Assembly: GCA_036676495.1 (NCBI GenBank)
Contig: JAKFCT010000057.1
Coordinates: 1-55,485 of the forward strand
Direction of reading: 5' to 3'
Length of the DNA stretch: 55,485 nucleotides
DNA from: Candidatus Sericytochromatia bacterium
GTDB taxonomy: Bacteria; Cyanobacteriota; Sericytochromatia; S15B-MN24; UBA4093
Shown: piece by piece, positions 8,279 to 18,667 of the stretch
How the letters are laid out: every line of letters begins with the position of its first letter
Numbering within the stretch: the stretch's first letter is position 1
The notes under the pieces: generated by a model
The model's input: only the letters and a program-made list of their open reading frames with translations
What the model was told of the DNA's origin: nothing
Database searches by the model: none
Program-made: the position numbers and the translations under genes

Positions 8279-9589
8279 ATGTCCCTGCGCACGGAGTTCT
8301 GCGGCGTCACCTTCCCCAATCCCTTCACCCTCGCCTCGGCTCCCCCCACCACCACGGGGGAGATGATCATGCGCGCCTTCGAGGCGGGCTGGGGCGGAGC
8401 CATCATCAAGACCGTGACGACCGAACGGGAGCGGATCGACAACGTCTCTCCGCGCTTCGCCGCCCTCAACGTGGGAGCCCGCCGGATGTTCGGCTTCCAG
8501 AACATCGAGCTCATCTCGGATCGCCCCCTGGAAGTCTGGCTGGAGGAATGCCGCCGGATCAAGGACCGCTTCCCGGATCGCGTCCTGATTGGCTCGATCA
8601 TGGCGGCCGGCGACGCCATGGACGATTGGCAGGAACTGACCGAGCGCATGCAGGACGCGGGCGTCGACATGATCGAGTGCAACCTCGGCTGCCCCCACGG
8701 CATGCCCGAGCGCGGCATGGGCTCGGTCTGCTCGCAGAATCCCGAGATCACGGGCAACATCACGCGCTGGGTCACCTCGGTCGCCAAGGTTCCCATCCTC
8801 ATCAAGCTCTCGCCGAACGTCACCGACATCACGGTCCCGGCGGCGGCGGCGATCGCCAACGGCGCCCATGCCGTCTCGGCCATCAACACCGTCAACGTCA
8901 TGATGGGCGTGGACATCGAGTCCTTCGCGCCCCGTCCCTCGGTCGCCGGCCAGACCACCTACGGCGGCTACTCCGGCTCCGCCGTGCGCCCCATCGCCCT
9001 CAAGGCGGTCAGCGACATCGCCCGCCGGCACCCCGGCTTCCCCGTCTCGGCCACCGGCGGCATCGCCACCTGGAAGGACGGAGTCGAGTTCCTGCTCTCG
9101 GGCGCGAGCAACCTCCAGGTCTGCACCGAGGTCATGCTCAAGGGCTTCGGCGTCATCACCCCCATGCTGGCGGGGCTGGAGGAGTACCTGGAGCGCAAGG
9201 GCTTCAGCTCGGTCAACGACCTGGTCGGCCTCGCCCTGCCCCGGATCATGGATCACTCCCAGCTGAACTTCGACTACCGCCCCAAGGCCGTGATCGACGA
9301 GGCGCGCTGCATCAAGTGCGACAACTGCTTCACCGCCTGCCAGGACGGCGCTTACCAGGCCATCACCCTGCCTCATCCCCTGGGCACCCCCATCAAGCAG
9401 CGCGGCCTCCCCGAGGTTCACCTCGACCGCTGCACGGGCTGCTCGCTCTGCACCCACGTTTGCCCGGTCGACTGCATCGAGCTGATCGAGGTGGCCGGCG
9501 CCCCCCGTGACGTCACGGGCTACAAGCAGCTCTCGGTCGGGGACGACGCTCCCTACCGCGGGGCGGCCTGGACCTCCGCCCGGACGTGA
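8279..9589 (+). CDS. preA: Dihydropyrimidine dehydrogenase subunit PreA
   Basis: NPFTLASAPPT, NVSPRF, NIELISDR, NLGCPHGMPERGMG, two C-terminal 4Fe-4S motifs. Confidence 0.9.
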   Translation: MSLRTEFCGVTFPNPFTLASAPPTTTGEMIMRAFEAGWGGAIIKTVTTERERIDNVSPRFAALNVGARRMFGFQNIELISDRPLEVWLEECRRIKDRFPDRVLIGSIMAAGDAMDDWQELTERMQDAGVDMIECNLGCPHGMPERGMGSVCSQNPEITGNITRWVTSVAKVPILIKLSPNVTDITVPAAAAIANGAHAVSAINTVNVMMGVDIESFAPRPSVAGQTTYGGYSGSAVRPIALKAVSDIARRHPGFPVSATGGIATWKDGVEFLLSGASNLQVCTEVMLKGFGVITPMLAGLEEYLERKGFSSVNDLVGLALPRIMDHSQLNFDYRPKAVIDEARCIKCDNCFTACQDGAYQAITLPHPLGTPIKQRGLPEVHLDRCTGCSLCTHVCPVDCIELIEVAGAPRDVTGYKQLSVGDDAPYRGAAWTSART

Positions 9590-9637
9590 GCTCCCTGGAA
9601 GCTTGAGCGGATCATCCGGGGAGTCGCTTCGAGGTTC

Positions 9638-9666
9638 TTGATAAAACTTCATTAATCGACGATAAT
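9638..9666 (+). promoter_or_regulatory. Sigma70-type promoter of nrfHA overlapped by TTGAT-N8-ATTAA box
   Basis: TTGATA-N17-GATAAT; 18/21 identical to 31793-31813. Confidence 0.6.
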
Positions 9667-9791
9667 GGTCGCTGCTTTGCTTCCTAGAGCGAGCGGCGTT
9701 TCTACGGGGCAGCGGCGCGTTGCTTCAAAAGCCGCTGCCTGGCGAAAACGCTGCGGGCGCTAAGCGGGGGAACTCGCGTGAGGGAGGTTCC

Positions 9792-10250
9792 GTGAGGCTG
9801 ATTCCGTCGTCCTTCATGGCGCTCGTGGTCTTCAGCGTGGTGGTCGGCGTGGCCATCGGGCTGGGGACGCACACGTTCCTCTACGCGAAGGGCTGGTCCT
9901 ACTTCTCGAACGATCCGCAGGCCTGCGCCAACTGCCACGTCATGCAGGGGCACTTCGACTCCTGGATCAACTCCAGCCACCGGAACGTCGCGACATGCAA
10001 CTCCTGCCACACGCCCCATGGGTTGGTTCCCAAGTACGCCTCCAAGGCGTACAACGGCTTCTTCCATGCGATGGCCTTCACGACCGGCAACCACCCCAAC
10101 CCGATCCGGATCAAGCCGATCAACCATGCGATCACGGAGCATGCGTGCATCGGTTGCCATCAGGCGATCGTTCAGTCGATCAGCCCTCCGCACCAGGAGG
10201 CGCTCTCCTGTACCCGCTGCCACAGCGACGTCGGCCATGCCTTGCGCTGA
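9792..10250 (+). CDS. nrfH: Cytochrome c nitrite reductase small subunit
   Basis: N-terminal TM; four CxxCH (CANCH, CNSCH, CIGCH, CTRCH); directly upstream of nrfA. Confidence 0.92.
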   Translation: MRLIPSSFMALVVFSVVVGVAIGLGTHTFLYAKGWSYFSNDPQACANCHVMQGHFDSWINSSHRNVATCNSCHTPHGLVPKYASKAYNGFFHAMAFTTGNHPNPIRIKPINHAITEHACIGCHQAIVQSISPPHQEALSCTRCHSDVGHALR

Positions 10251-10278
10251 GGCCGCGTCTCGAGAGTCGAGGTGAGTC

Positions 10279-11700
10279 ATGAACCGATCCTCCGAACCGA
10301 CCCCGCCGCCCCCGAACGGGAAGCGCCGCTTCGTGCTCACGATCATGGGGCTGACGATCCTGGCCGCCGTGATCACGGCGGGGATCATGGCCTTGCTCTT
10401 CAATATCTTCGAGCGCCAGCAGGAGGCCCGTGAGCCCTACCAGCAGGTCGTCAAGGTGGACGACAACACGAGCGATCCGGCGATCTGGGGGCAGAACTTC
10501 CCGCTCGAGTACGACGACTACCTCAAGACGACGGATCAGGTGCGGACGATCTACGGGGGCTCCGAGGCGATCCGCCGCATCCCCACCGAGCGGGATCCGC
10601 GCGCGCAGGTGGCGCAGTCGCGCCTCGAGGAGGACCAGCGCCTGAAGACGCTCTGGGCGGGCTACGCCTTCTCCGAGGACTTCCGCGAGGAGCGCGGCCA
10701 CGCCTACATGCTCGAGGACCAAGAGTTCACCGGGCGTCAGGCGTTCTCCAAGCAGCCCGGCACCTGCATCAACTGCCATGCCTCGGTCTACACGGTCTAC
10801 AAAGGCCTGGGCAATGGCGATATCTTCGCAGGCTTCGAGAAGCTCAACCAGATGCCCTACCTGGAGGCGCGCAAGCAGGTCCAGCATCCGGTCGCTTGTA
10901 TCGACTGCCACACGCCGCAGACCATGGAGCTGCGGGTCACCCGCCCCGCCTTCATGGAGGCCATGAAGGCCCTGAAGGCATCCCAGGGAGTCCAGGACTA
11001 CGACGTGAACAAGATGGCCTCGCGCCAGGAGATGCGCTCGTTCGTCTGCGGGCAGTGCCACGTCGAGTACTACTTCCGCAAGGACGACAAGCGCCTGATC
11101 TATCCTTGGGGCAAGGGCCTCAAGATCGACGACATCTACGCCACCTACGCGGAGAACGGGCACTTCGACTGGCAGCACAAGCTGACCGGGGCGAAGGTCC
11201 TGAAGGCGCAGCACCCCGAGTTCGAGATGTTCAATCAGGGGGTGCATGCCAAGTCGGGGGTTTCCTGCGCGGACTGCCACATGGCCTACAAGCGCGTGGG
11301 CGCGCAGAAGATCAGCGATCACCACGTTCGCAGCCCGATGCTCAACGTGAACCGCTCCTGCCAGACCTGCCACAACATCCCCGAGGAGCAGCTCAAGGGG
11401 CGGGTGACCGAGCTCCAGCACCGGACCTACTTCATGCGGGACCGGGCCATGAACGCGGCGATGGACCTGATCGGGGACATCCAGGCGGCCAGCGCCTCCG
11501 GGATTCCTCAGGCCCAGCTCGCTCCGGCCCAGGAACTGCAGCGCAAGGGGCAGTTCTACCTGGACTTCGTGGAGGCCGAGAACTCCATGGGGTTCCATGC
11601 GCCGGAAGAGGCCCTGCGCATCCTCGGCGAGTCGATCGATTACCTGAGGCAGGGGCAGCTCAAGCTGCAGGAGGCGGGTTACCGGAAGGCCTCCCCATAG
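10279..11700 (+). CDS. nrfA: Ammonia-forming cytochrome c nitrite reductase, CxxCH-type heme 1
   Basis: Five CxxCH; WAGYAF..RGH, CGQCHVEYYF, KAQHPEFE, ENSMGFH. Confidence 0.95.
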   Translation: MNRSSEPTPPPPNGKRRFVLTIMGLTILAAVITAGIMALLFNIFERQQEAREPYQQVVKVDDNTSDPAIWGQNFPLEYDDYLKTTDQVRTIYGGSEAIRRIPTERDPRAQVAQSRLEEDQRLKTLWAGYAFSEDFREERGHAYMLEDQEFTGRQAFSKQPGTCINCHASVYTVYKGLGNGDIFAGFEKLNQMPYLEARKQVQHPVACIDCHTPQTMELRVTRPAFMEAMKALKASQGVQDYDVNKMASRQEMRSFVCGQCHVEYYFRKDDKRLIYPWGKGLKIDDIYATYAENGHFDWQHKLTGAKVLKAQHPEFEMFNQGVHAKSGVSCADCHMAYKRVGAQKISDHHVRSPMLNVNRSCQTCHNIPEEQLKGRVTELQHRTYFMRDRAMNAAMDLIGDIQAASASGIPQAQLAPAQELQRKGQFYLDFVEAENSMGFHAPEEALRILGESIDYLRQGQLKLQEAGYRKASP

Positions 11701-11761
11701 CTGTCCTGCAGCAACGACGAGCGCTCGAGGCCCGTCACGGAGTGACGGGCCTCGGCTTGGA

Positions 11762-13162
11762 TCAGGAGTGGGTCTTGATCGCCTGGAACTGGCGGACTTC
11801 GCGGGGGCTCCGGAGGAACTCGACCGTCGAGGCGGCCAGCGGATGGAGGCGCTCCTCGCTGGTGACGCTGCTCCATTCCTGGCCCTTGAAGACCAGGACC
11901 GTCGCGGTGAGATCGCGGAAGCCGCGGACGATCCGGCCATGCAGGAGGATCAGCGCCGACTGCATGCTGTAGCGGGCGGTCTGGTCGTCCTGTCGGGCGC
12001 TGGGACCGGCCCATCGCTCGAGGACGGGCAGGAAGTCCATGGCGGAGTCCAGCTCTTCGAGCGGGCGCTTGAGGGCATTTTCGAGCACCTGGATGACGGA
12101 CTCGCCGTCGAGAGGATAGAGGGCGAGGAAGAAGCTTCGGAGGATGCGGGCATCGTGCTGGGAGCCCAGTGCATGGGCCGCGTAGCGGACGACGTCCGCA
12201 TCCGGGTCCGAGAGGGCCCGGCAGAGGGCTTCGGTCACGCTGGGGGCGGAATGGCCCGCGAGCGCCGTGACGGCCGCGCGCCGCAGCTCCGGATCCGGAT
12301 CCGCCAGGACCTGGGCGATCGCCGCGATCCCCTGGGGATGGTCGATCGCGCGCAGCGCGGTGATGGCGTCCAGGCGGCCCAGGGCCTGGGGATCGAGCAC
12401 GATCTTGCAGAGGCGCTCGAGCAGATCGGGAGGGTTGAGGGCGCTCAGGGCGCGGATGGCGGCCTTGACCGTGGCTTCGACCCGGGCGGTCGCGAGCGTC
12501 TGCATGAGCGGCTCGATGCATGCCTCCGGGTTGATTTCCCGCATGACCTCGATCATGCGCTCGCCGGAGACGGCCCCGGCCTCGGGAAGCAGGCGGCAGA
12601 GCGTGTCGAAGGCCTCCATGCCGAACTTCGCTAGGGCCTTGGAGATGATGCGGGCGACCTCCGCGGAGCCGGACAGGGCGCGGCAGAGGGGCTCGATGGA
12701 GGTCGGATCCTTGCGGTGAGCCAACGCCAGGGCCGCCGCTCCCACCACCTGCTCGTCGGAATCCTTGAGGGCCTGGCAGAGGAGCTCGGTCGCGCGGGGC
12801 TCGTCGAAGGCGGCGAGCCCCATGGCGGCGGCCCGGCGAATGAAGGGGTTGGAGTCTTCAAGGACGGTTCCCAAGGGCTCGATGGCGCTCAGGGAGCCCG
12901 TCATCGCCAGGCTTTCGACGGCGACCCGCCGCATGTCGAGCTCGTGGTGATTCAGCAGCGAGCAAAGCAGGTTGAGCGGTTTGGCCCCGCCGAGGCGGCC
13001 GAGGCCCATGACGGCCGCGAGGCGATCCTGCTTGGACAGGGAGCGGACCTGCCGGCTGAGATAGGGGTAGGTGCCGGGAATGAGCCCCCCGATGAACAGG
13101 GAACTGACGACTCCCCCCCCGATGGTCAGGGCCATCAGTGGCATCAGCAAGCTCTCGTTCAT
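11762..13162 (-). CDS. HEAT/PBS-lyase repeat protein with N-terminal membrane anchor
   Basis: Repeated L.D.D..VR..AA.ALG units. Confidence 0.85.
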   Translation of the reverse strand: MNESLLMPLMALTIGGGVVSSLFIGGLIPGTYPYLSRQVRSLSKQDRLAAVMGLGRLGGAKPLNLLCSLLNHHELDMRRVAVESLAMTGSLSAIEPLGTVLEDSNPFIRRAAAMGLAAFDEPRATELLCQALKDSDEQVVGAAALALAHRKDPTSIEPLCRALSGSAEVARIISKALAKFGMEAFDTLCRLLPEAGAVSGERMIEVMREINPEACIEPLMQTLATARVEATVKAAIRALSALNPPDLLERLCKIVLDPQALGRLDAITALRAIDHPQGIAAIAQVLADPDPELRRAAVTALAGHSAPSVTEALCRALSDPDADVVRYAAHALGSQHDARILRSFFLALYPLDGESVIQVLENALKRPLEELDSAMDFLPVLERWAGPSARQDDQTARYSMQSALILLHGRIVRGFRDLTATVLVFKGQEWSSVTSEERLHPLAASTVEFLRSPREVRQFQAIKTHS

Positions 13163-13385
13163 CGTCCTCGACTCCAGCGTGGCAAGCTCTCCGAGGTGCG
13201 GAGCGCTTGCGATAGGGCTATATTCGCATTATGACACGATTTCAGCCCAGCGTAACCCCCCAAGAGGGTAGTTGCTCGGTCGCCTTTGGCGCTTTTGCCG
13301 CGCTTGGCGCCGATTCCCGCTATAATGGGGAAGGCCCTTGCGGGCCTGCTTTCGATTGACCAGCCCCTTAAGGAGACCTTCTTCG

Positions 13386-15176
13386 ATGAAACTGTCGCAG
13401 ATGCTCGCCCCCACGCTGCGGGAAGTTCCCGCCGAGGCCGAGATCGTCAGTCACCAGCTCTTGTTGCGCTCGGGACTGATCCGGCGGGTGACGCCCGGTG
13501 TCTACAACCTCTATCCCCTGATGTGGCGCGTGACCCGGAAGGTCGAGCAGATCGTCCGCGAGGAGATGGATCGTTCGGGTGCGCTCGAGCTGCGCATGCC
13601 GATCCTCAACCCGGCCGAGCTCTGGGAGCAGTCCGGGCGCTGGCAGGTCTACGGCAAGGAGATGTTCCGGCTGCAGAACCGTCACGAGCGCTGGGAACTG
13701 CTGGGGCCCACCCACGAGGAGACCGTGACGGCGATCGCCCGTGACGAGCTGCGCTCCTACCGCCAGCTCCCCATGAACCTCTACCAGATCCAGGCCAAGT
13801 TCCGCGACGAGATTCGCCCCCGCTTCGGCCTCCTGCGCGGCCGCGAGTTCATCATGAAGGACGCCTACTCCTTCCACCCCGACACGGAGAGCCTGGAGCA
13901 GACCTACGCGGTCATGTGCCGGACCTACACCCGGATCTTCGAGCGCTGCGGCCTCATGACCCGCATGGTGGAGTCGGACGTGGGCGCCATCGGCGGCTCC
14001 GCCGCGCATGAGTTCATGGTGGTCGTCGACACCGCCGGCGGCGAGAACGACCTGCTTTTCTGCGACGCCTGCGACTACGCGGCCAACGTCGAGCGCGCCG
14101 AGAGCTCCCTGGACGTCAAGCACCTCGCCGCGAAGCTGCCTCCCGAGGAGCTTGCCGCCCTCCAGAAGGTCTCGACGCCCGGCACCAAGACCATCGAGCA
14201 GCTCTCGAGCTTCCTCAAGGTCGCGCCGGCTCAGATCGTCAAGACCCTGGTCTACCGGATCGAGCAGCACCAGGAAGGCTCGGAGGCCCCCAAGGTCTCC
14301 TTCGTCGCCGCGCTGATCCGGGGCGACCTCGAGGTCAACGAGATCAAGCTCGGCAACGCGCTCGGCGGCGTGCTCGACATGCGCATGGCCAACGAGGCGG
14401 AGATCCAGGAACGGGCCGGCGCGCCTGCGGGCTTCGTGGGCCCCATGGGCCTGAAGGTCGATCGCGTGGTCGCCGACGAGTCCGTCCGCTCCATGCAGAA
14501 CTTCGTGATCGGCCCCAACGAGGCCGACATGCACTTCGTCAACGCCAACTGGTTCCGGGACTACACCCCCGAGCACTGGGTGGACGTGCGGCTCGCCAAG
14601 GCCGAGGAGATCTGCGGCCGCTGCCATGAGGGCCACCTCAAGGCCGCCAAGGGCATCGAGGTCGGCAACACCTTCAAGCTGGGCACCAAGTACTCGGCCA
14701 AGATGAACGCCACCTTCATGGACGCCGAAGGCAACGAGAAGCCCTTCGTGATGGGCTGCTACGGCATCGGCATCACCCGCACGGCGCAGGCCGCGGTCGA
14801 GAGCCTCCACGACGAGAACGGGATCAAGTGGCCGGTGGCGATCGCCCCCTACCACCTGCTCATCGTGCCGGTCAACGTGGCCGACGCCGAGGTCTCCAAG
14901 GTCGCCCAGGACCTCTACCAGGAAGCCCTGTCGGCCGGCGTCGAGGTCGTGATCGACGACCGCGACGAGCGCGCGGGCGTGAAGTTCAAGGATGCGGACC
15001 TGATCGGCTACCCGGTCCGGATCACGGTCGGCAAGACCATCAAGGACGGGCTGGTCGAGATGAAGTTCCGCATGGAAGGCAACACCGAGACCGTGGCCAT
15101 TCCCGAGGCGATCGCCCGGGCCCAGGCCTACGTCAAGGCCGCCCTCGAAGGCAAGCCCGTCGCTGCAATCGTCTAA
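13386..15176 (+). CDS. proS: Proline--tRNA ligase
   Basis: LGPTHEE, FRDEIRPRFGLLRGREFIMKDAYSF, MGCYGIG, editing insert, anticodon domain. Confidence 0.98.
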   Translation: MKLSQMLAPTLREVPAEAEIVSHQLLLRSGLIRRVTPGVYNLYPLMWRVTRKVEQIVREEMDRSGALELRMPILNPAELWEQSGRWQVYGKEMFRLQNRHERWELLGPTHEETVTAIARDELRSYRQLPMNLYQIQAKFRDEIRPRFGLLRGREFIMKDAYSFHPDTESLEQTYAVMCRTYTRIFERCGLMTRMVESDVGAIGGSAAHEFMVVVDTAGGENDLLFCDACDYAANVERAESSLDVKHLAAKLPPEELAALQKVSTPGTKTIEQLSSFLKVAPAQIVKTLVYRIEQHQEGSEAPKVSFVAALIRGDLEVNEIKLGNALGGVLDMRMANEAEIQERAGAPAGFVGPMGLKVDRVVADESVRSMQNFVIGPNEADMHFVNANWFRDYTPEHWVDVRLAKAEEICGRCHEGHLKAAKGIEVGNTFKLGTKYSAKMNATFMDAEGNEKPFVMGCYGIGITRTAQAAVESLHDENGIKWPVAIAPYHLLIVPVNVADAEVSKVAQDLYQEALSAGVEVVIDDRDERAGVKFKDADLIGYPVRITVGKTIKDGLVEMKFRMEGNTETVAIPEAIARAQAYVKAALEGKPVAAIV

Positions 15177-15248
15177 TTCCGGGTATAAGCCCTAGGGGGG
15201 ATTCCCCCTGGGGCTGACCGCCCCGTATCCCATGCCGGAGGAGAAATC

Positions 15249-16100
15249 GTGACCAACAAGCTTGAATCGTTCCTGATGCAGAAACTGGACAACCTGCCCC
15301 AGTTCGCCTTCTCCCCGGCAATGAACGACGTCATGGCCATGCTCGACGATCCCACCATCCCCATGGAGGCGATCGCCGAGAAGATCCAGGGAGACCCGAT
15401 CCTCTCCAAGGCCGTGCTCAACACCAGCTCCCAGACCGCCCACCGCACGATGCAGAACGTCCACCAGGCGATCCGCCTCACGGGACTCCAGACGGTCAAG
15501 GCCTTCATCACCTCGACCCTGGAGGCCGATACCCAGACCACGGTCGACGGCAACACCTTCGAGATCATGCAGGGACGCCTCTGGCAGCACTCCCAGCAGG
15601 TCGCCATCTGCTGCCAGCTCCTGGCGGCGGAGTGGGACTACCCCAACCTCTCGCAGGCCTACACGGCGGGCTTGTTCCACGACATCGGCGAAGCCGTCCT
15701 CAACGCCTTCGCCTACGACGAAATCTGCGACGCCATCAAGCTGACCCAGGCCAAGGCGATCGCCACCTACACGGCGGAAGACCGGGCCCTGGGCTTCAAC
15801 CACGCTTACTTCGGCGCCAAGGTCGCCGAGCGCTGGGGCCTGCCCCCGGCCATCGTGGAGCCCATCGCGCTCCACCACCAGCCCCGGGAAGCCACGCTCA
15901 ACAAGAAGCTGGTCAAGATCGTCCACCTCGCGGACGTCGCCGTCCACTGCAACCAGACCAAGCTCCCCCTGGGCATCACGCTCTTCCCGGTGGACAAGTC
16001 CGTCCTGGCCGAACTGCCCTTCCCCAAGGAGCACCTCCTGGAGCTGGCCCAGAAGGCCGCCGACCTGCTCGCCAAGATCGAGGCCTCGGCCCCGGCCTAG
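15249..16100 (+). CDS. HDOD domain signal transduction protein
   Basis: LP.F..DPILSKAVL, AGLFHDIG, H...GAKVAERWGLP..I..HH. Confidence 0.9.
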   Translation: MTNKLESFLMQKLDNLPQFAFSPAMNDVMAMLDDPTIPMEAIAEKIQGDPILSKAVLNTSSQTAHRTMQNVHQAIRLTGLQTVKAFITSTLEADTQTTVDGNTFEIMQGRLWQHSQQVAICCQLLAAEWDYPNLSQAYTAGLFHDIGEAVLNAFAYDEICDAIKLTQAKAIATYTAEDRALGFNHAYFGAKVAERWGLPPAIVEPIALHHQPREATLNKKLVKIVHLADVAVHCNQTKLPLGITLFPVDKSVLAELPFPKEHLLELAQKAADLLAKIEASAPA

Positions 16101-16113
16101 TCCCTTCGACAAG

Positions 16114-16155
16114 AAGGCTCTCCGACTGCCGTGAAGCGGTCGGAGAGCCTTTTTT
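16114..16155 (+). terminator. Terminator between convergent genes
   Basis: AAGGCTCTCCGAC..GTCGGAGAGCCTT plus T run. Confidence 0.85.
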
Positions 16156-16166
16156 GATGGCTTCGG

Positions 16167-16661
16167 CTACTTCGCGACCGGAAAGTCTTCCCGCTCCCAG
16201 GACAGCATGCCGCCCGTCACGTTGCGGAGGTGCTTGAAGCCCTTGGCTTCCAGCTCGGCGACGGCCTTGGCGGAGCGCTTGCCCGATCGGCAGATGATGA
16301 CGTAGGCTCCCTCGGGATCGAGCCCTTCGGACCAGGCGTCCAGCTGGCCCAGGGGGAGGTTGCGGGCGCCGGGAACGTGGCCGGCCGCGAACTCATGGGG
16401 CTCGCGCACGTCGATCACCGGGATGCCCAGGGTGCTGAGGTCGCGGGCCTCGGCGACGGGGACGTCCTGGACTCCCTGGAGCATGAGCGGGACGGAGCGC
16501 CCGGCGGCTGCCGGCGGTTCGGCCGCGGAACGCTGGGAGGCGCGCGGCGCGCAGGCCGAGACGCCGAGCGCCGAGAGGCAAAGCGCCGAGACGCAAAGCA
16601 TCGAAACGACGGGCCTCGAGGTGAAGCGCACCGGCAGGCGCGGGGTCGAGGGGCGGAGCAT
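16167..16661 (-). CDS. Rhodanese-like lipoprotein
   Basis: VIDVREPHEFAAGHVPGA, CRSGKRS, GGMLSW; lipobox VSAC. Confidence 0.88.
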   Translation of the reverse strand: MLRPSTPRLPVRFTSRPVVSMLCVSALCLSALGVSACAPRASQRSAAEPPAAAGRSVPLMLQGVQDVPVAEARDLSTLGIPVIDVREPHEFAAGHVPGARNLPLGQLDAWSEGLDPEGAYVIICRSGKRSAKAVAELEAKGFKHLRNVTGGMLSWEREDFPVAK

Positions 16662-16690
16662 GGGACCTCCTTCATCGAGAGCCGCGGGGG

Positions 16691-17143
16691 TCACGGCAGC
16701 GGATCGTCCTCATCGTAGAGGGCCAGGCCCGCCTGTTCAAGCATGGCGGCGGTGAGGCCCTTTCCGGGCTTGAGCGCGCCGCTGAAGCTGCCGTCGTAGA
16801 CCTGCTTGCCCCCGCAAGAGGGGCTGCGGGCCTTGAGGATGGCGGCGGTCGCGTTGCAGTCGCGAGCGATGGCCAGGGTCTCGCGGGCGCCCTTGAGGAA
16901 GGCCTCGGTCACGTCCGGGCCGTCGATGCGGGTGATCCGGGCGGTACCCGCCAGGACGTCCGCGCCGTCTCCCCCCTGGAGTTCGGCCGGGGGGCGCGGG
17001 GTGGGCAGTCCCCCCAGCTGTTCGGGGCAGACCGGAACGGCGCGGCCTTCCGAAACCAGGCGGGCGAGCTCGGGGTAGCGGTCGAAGCCGCCGCCGTCGT
17101 AGCGGCAGCGGTTGCCGACCAGGCAGGCGCTGATCAGGATCAT
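16691..17143 (-). CDS. DUF523 / 2-thiouracil desulfurase (TudS-like) family protein
   Basis: ISACLVG..CRYDG, VCPEQLGGLPTPR, LKARSPSCG. Confidence 0.9.
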   Translation of the reverse strand: MILISACLVGNRCRYDGGGFDRYPELARLVSEGRAVPVCPEQLGGLPTPRPPAELQGGDGADVLAGTARITRIDGPDVTEAFLKGARETLAIARDCNATAAILKARSPSCGGKQVYDGSFSGALKPGKGLTAAMLEQAGLALYDEDDPLP

Positions 17144-17928
17144 CGGGGGCCTCCGAATCGTTCGGCGAGGAAGCGGGCGATCGCCTCGTTGACGGCCCCC
17201 GGCCGCTCGAGCATGGGCACGTGGCCGGCGCGTTCGATCATGGCGAGGCGGGCCTCCGGGATGGCGGCGGCGAAGGTGTTCGCGTAGACCGGCGGGATGA
17301 TGCGATCGCCTTCTCCCCAGATCACCAGGGTGGGCGCCAGGATCTCGCCGAGGCGATCCTGCATGTCGTGGCGCAGGGGGCCCGCGGTGAGCCGGAGCAT
17401 GGTCTGGCGGGCCTGCTGTTGCTCGGGGGTGTCGACGAAGCGCTCGGCCAGCGCGGCCCGCGAATCGCCGGGCGCCCGGTAGAAGAGCTTGGCGGCGAAG
17501 TCGGCGGGATCGGTCTCGCGGACGTTGACCGTGGGGATGCCCGGAAGCTTCAGCCCCGAGCTGTTGATCAGCACCAGGCCGGCGACCCGCTCGGGATGGT
17601 CCAGGGCGAGCTGCAGCGCGACCCGGCCTCCCATGGAGTTGCCGACCAAGATGGCCTGCGAGAGGCCGAGCGCGTCCAAGAGGGCCAGGACGAAGGCCGG
17701 ATAGTCATCGACGGAGCGGATGAAGTCCGGCAGCGGGGTGCGGCCGTACCCGGGAAGATCCGGGGCGAGCACCCGGTAGTCGGCCTCGAACCGGCGCAGC
17801 TGGTTGAACCAGACCTTCCCCGATCCTCCGGTCCCGTGGATAAAGACGATCGCGGGGCCCTGTCCCGCGGCGAGGAGGCGGGTGGGGACTCCTTGGACGA
17901 TCCATTCCTGCTTCGATGTACTGGCCAT
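17140..17928 (-). CDS. Alpha/beta hydrolase
   Basis: FIHG, PDLPGYG, GNSMGG nucleophile, WGEGD, AGH. Confidence 0.9.
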   Translation of the reverse strand: MASTSKQEWIVQGVPTRLLAAGQGPAIVFIHGTGGSGKVWFNQLRRFEADYRVLAPDLPGYGRTPLPDFIRSVDDYPAFVLALLDALGLSQAILVGNSMGGRVALQLALDHPERVAGLVLINSSGLKLPGIPTVNVRETDPADFAAKLFYRAPGDSRAALAERFVDTPEQQQARQTMLRLTAGPLRHDMQDRLGEILAPTLVIWGEGDRIIPPVYANTFAAAIPEARLAMIERAGHVPMLERPGAVNEAIARFLAERFGGPR

Positions 17929-18115
17929 GCGCGTTTCCTCCCGATCCAATTCTACACCATCGGGGAGACGAGACGGGCGAGCCTTTCCGGAGAGCCCCGC
18001 CGGGCGTTGTTCCGCCATGGGACTTGGGATAGGCTGTGCCCAGTTCCATGCCGGTCGTGGCGTCAAGATCGCGCCCGCGGCTCTCCGAGCCCCGGCGCTG
18101 GCGGAGGAGGTCACC

Positions 18116-18379
18116 ATGGGAAAGCGGGTCATCGACGGGACGGGCGGGGGAGATCCCCGCGTCCAGGTGGACAAGGAGCGCGCGGACTCCTTGATTTCCG
18201 AGAATCCGGGCTGGGAGTCGGAGGCGGCCTTCCGCCACCATGAGCGTTCGCTGGCGGAAGATCCGGAGCTCTCGCCCAACCAGAGCATCCCGACCCCCAT
18301 GGGGGAGACGCCTGAGGAGCCCCGGATGCATTTCGAGCAGATCGGCTTCCGCGAGCCGACGGATCACGCGCCCTCCTGA
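18116..18379 (+). CDS. Small acidic hypothetical protein
   Basis: Strong RBS GGAGGAGG; 87 aa. Confidence 0.6.
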   Translation: MGKRVIDGTGGGDPRVQVDKERADSLISENPGWESEAAFRHHERSLAEDPELSPNQSIPTPMGETPEEPRMHFEQIGFREPTDHAPS

Positions 18380-18468
18380 GCCGGATCCGCCTCGGGGACT
18401 GCTCCGCGACCCCCTGCTTCCGCTGCGGCGGGCGCGGGGGGTCGCCTCATGGGGCTTGCCCTTTGAGG

Positions 18469-18625
18469 TTAAGGAATTTATACTGACGATTAACCTAAGC
18501 TTAACCCCTTGGGCGTCCCCGGCCGCGCCGCCCCATGATCGGGCCTCGGTTTAACCCAAATCTTGCTAAAAATTAGCCGCGCGTTGACCCAAGGGGGTTC
18601 AGGAAGCGGCGACCGGGGGCGATAC
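18469..18625 (+). promoter_or_regulatory. TTAA-N7-TTAA boxes and sigma28-like promoter
   Basis: TTAA 18490/18501; TTAA 18551, TTAG 18573, TTGA 18584; TCAG(18599)-N15-GGCGATAC(18618). Confidence 0.5.
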
Positions 18626-18667
18626 AGGAGTTAACGGCTTATTCAAAGTCGAGGAGGGGAGACCACG

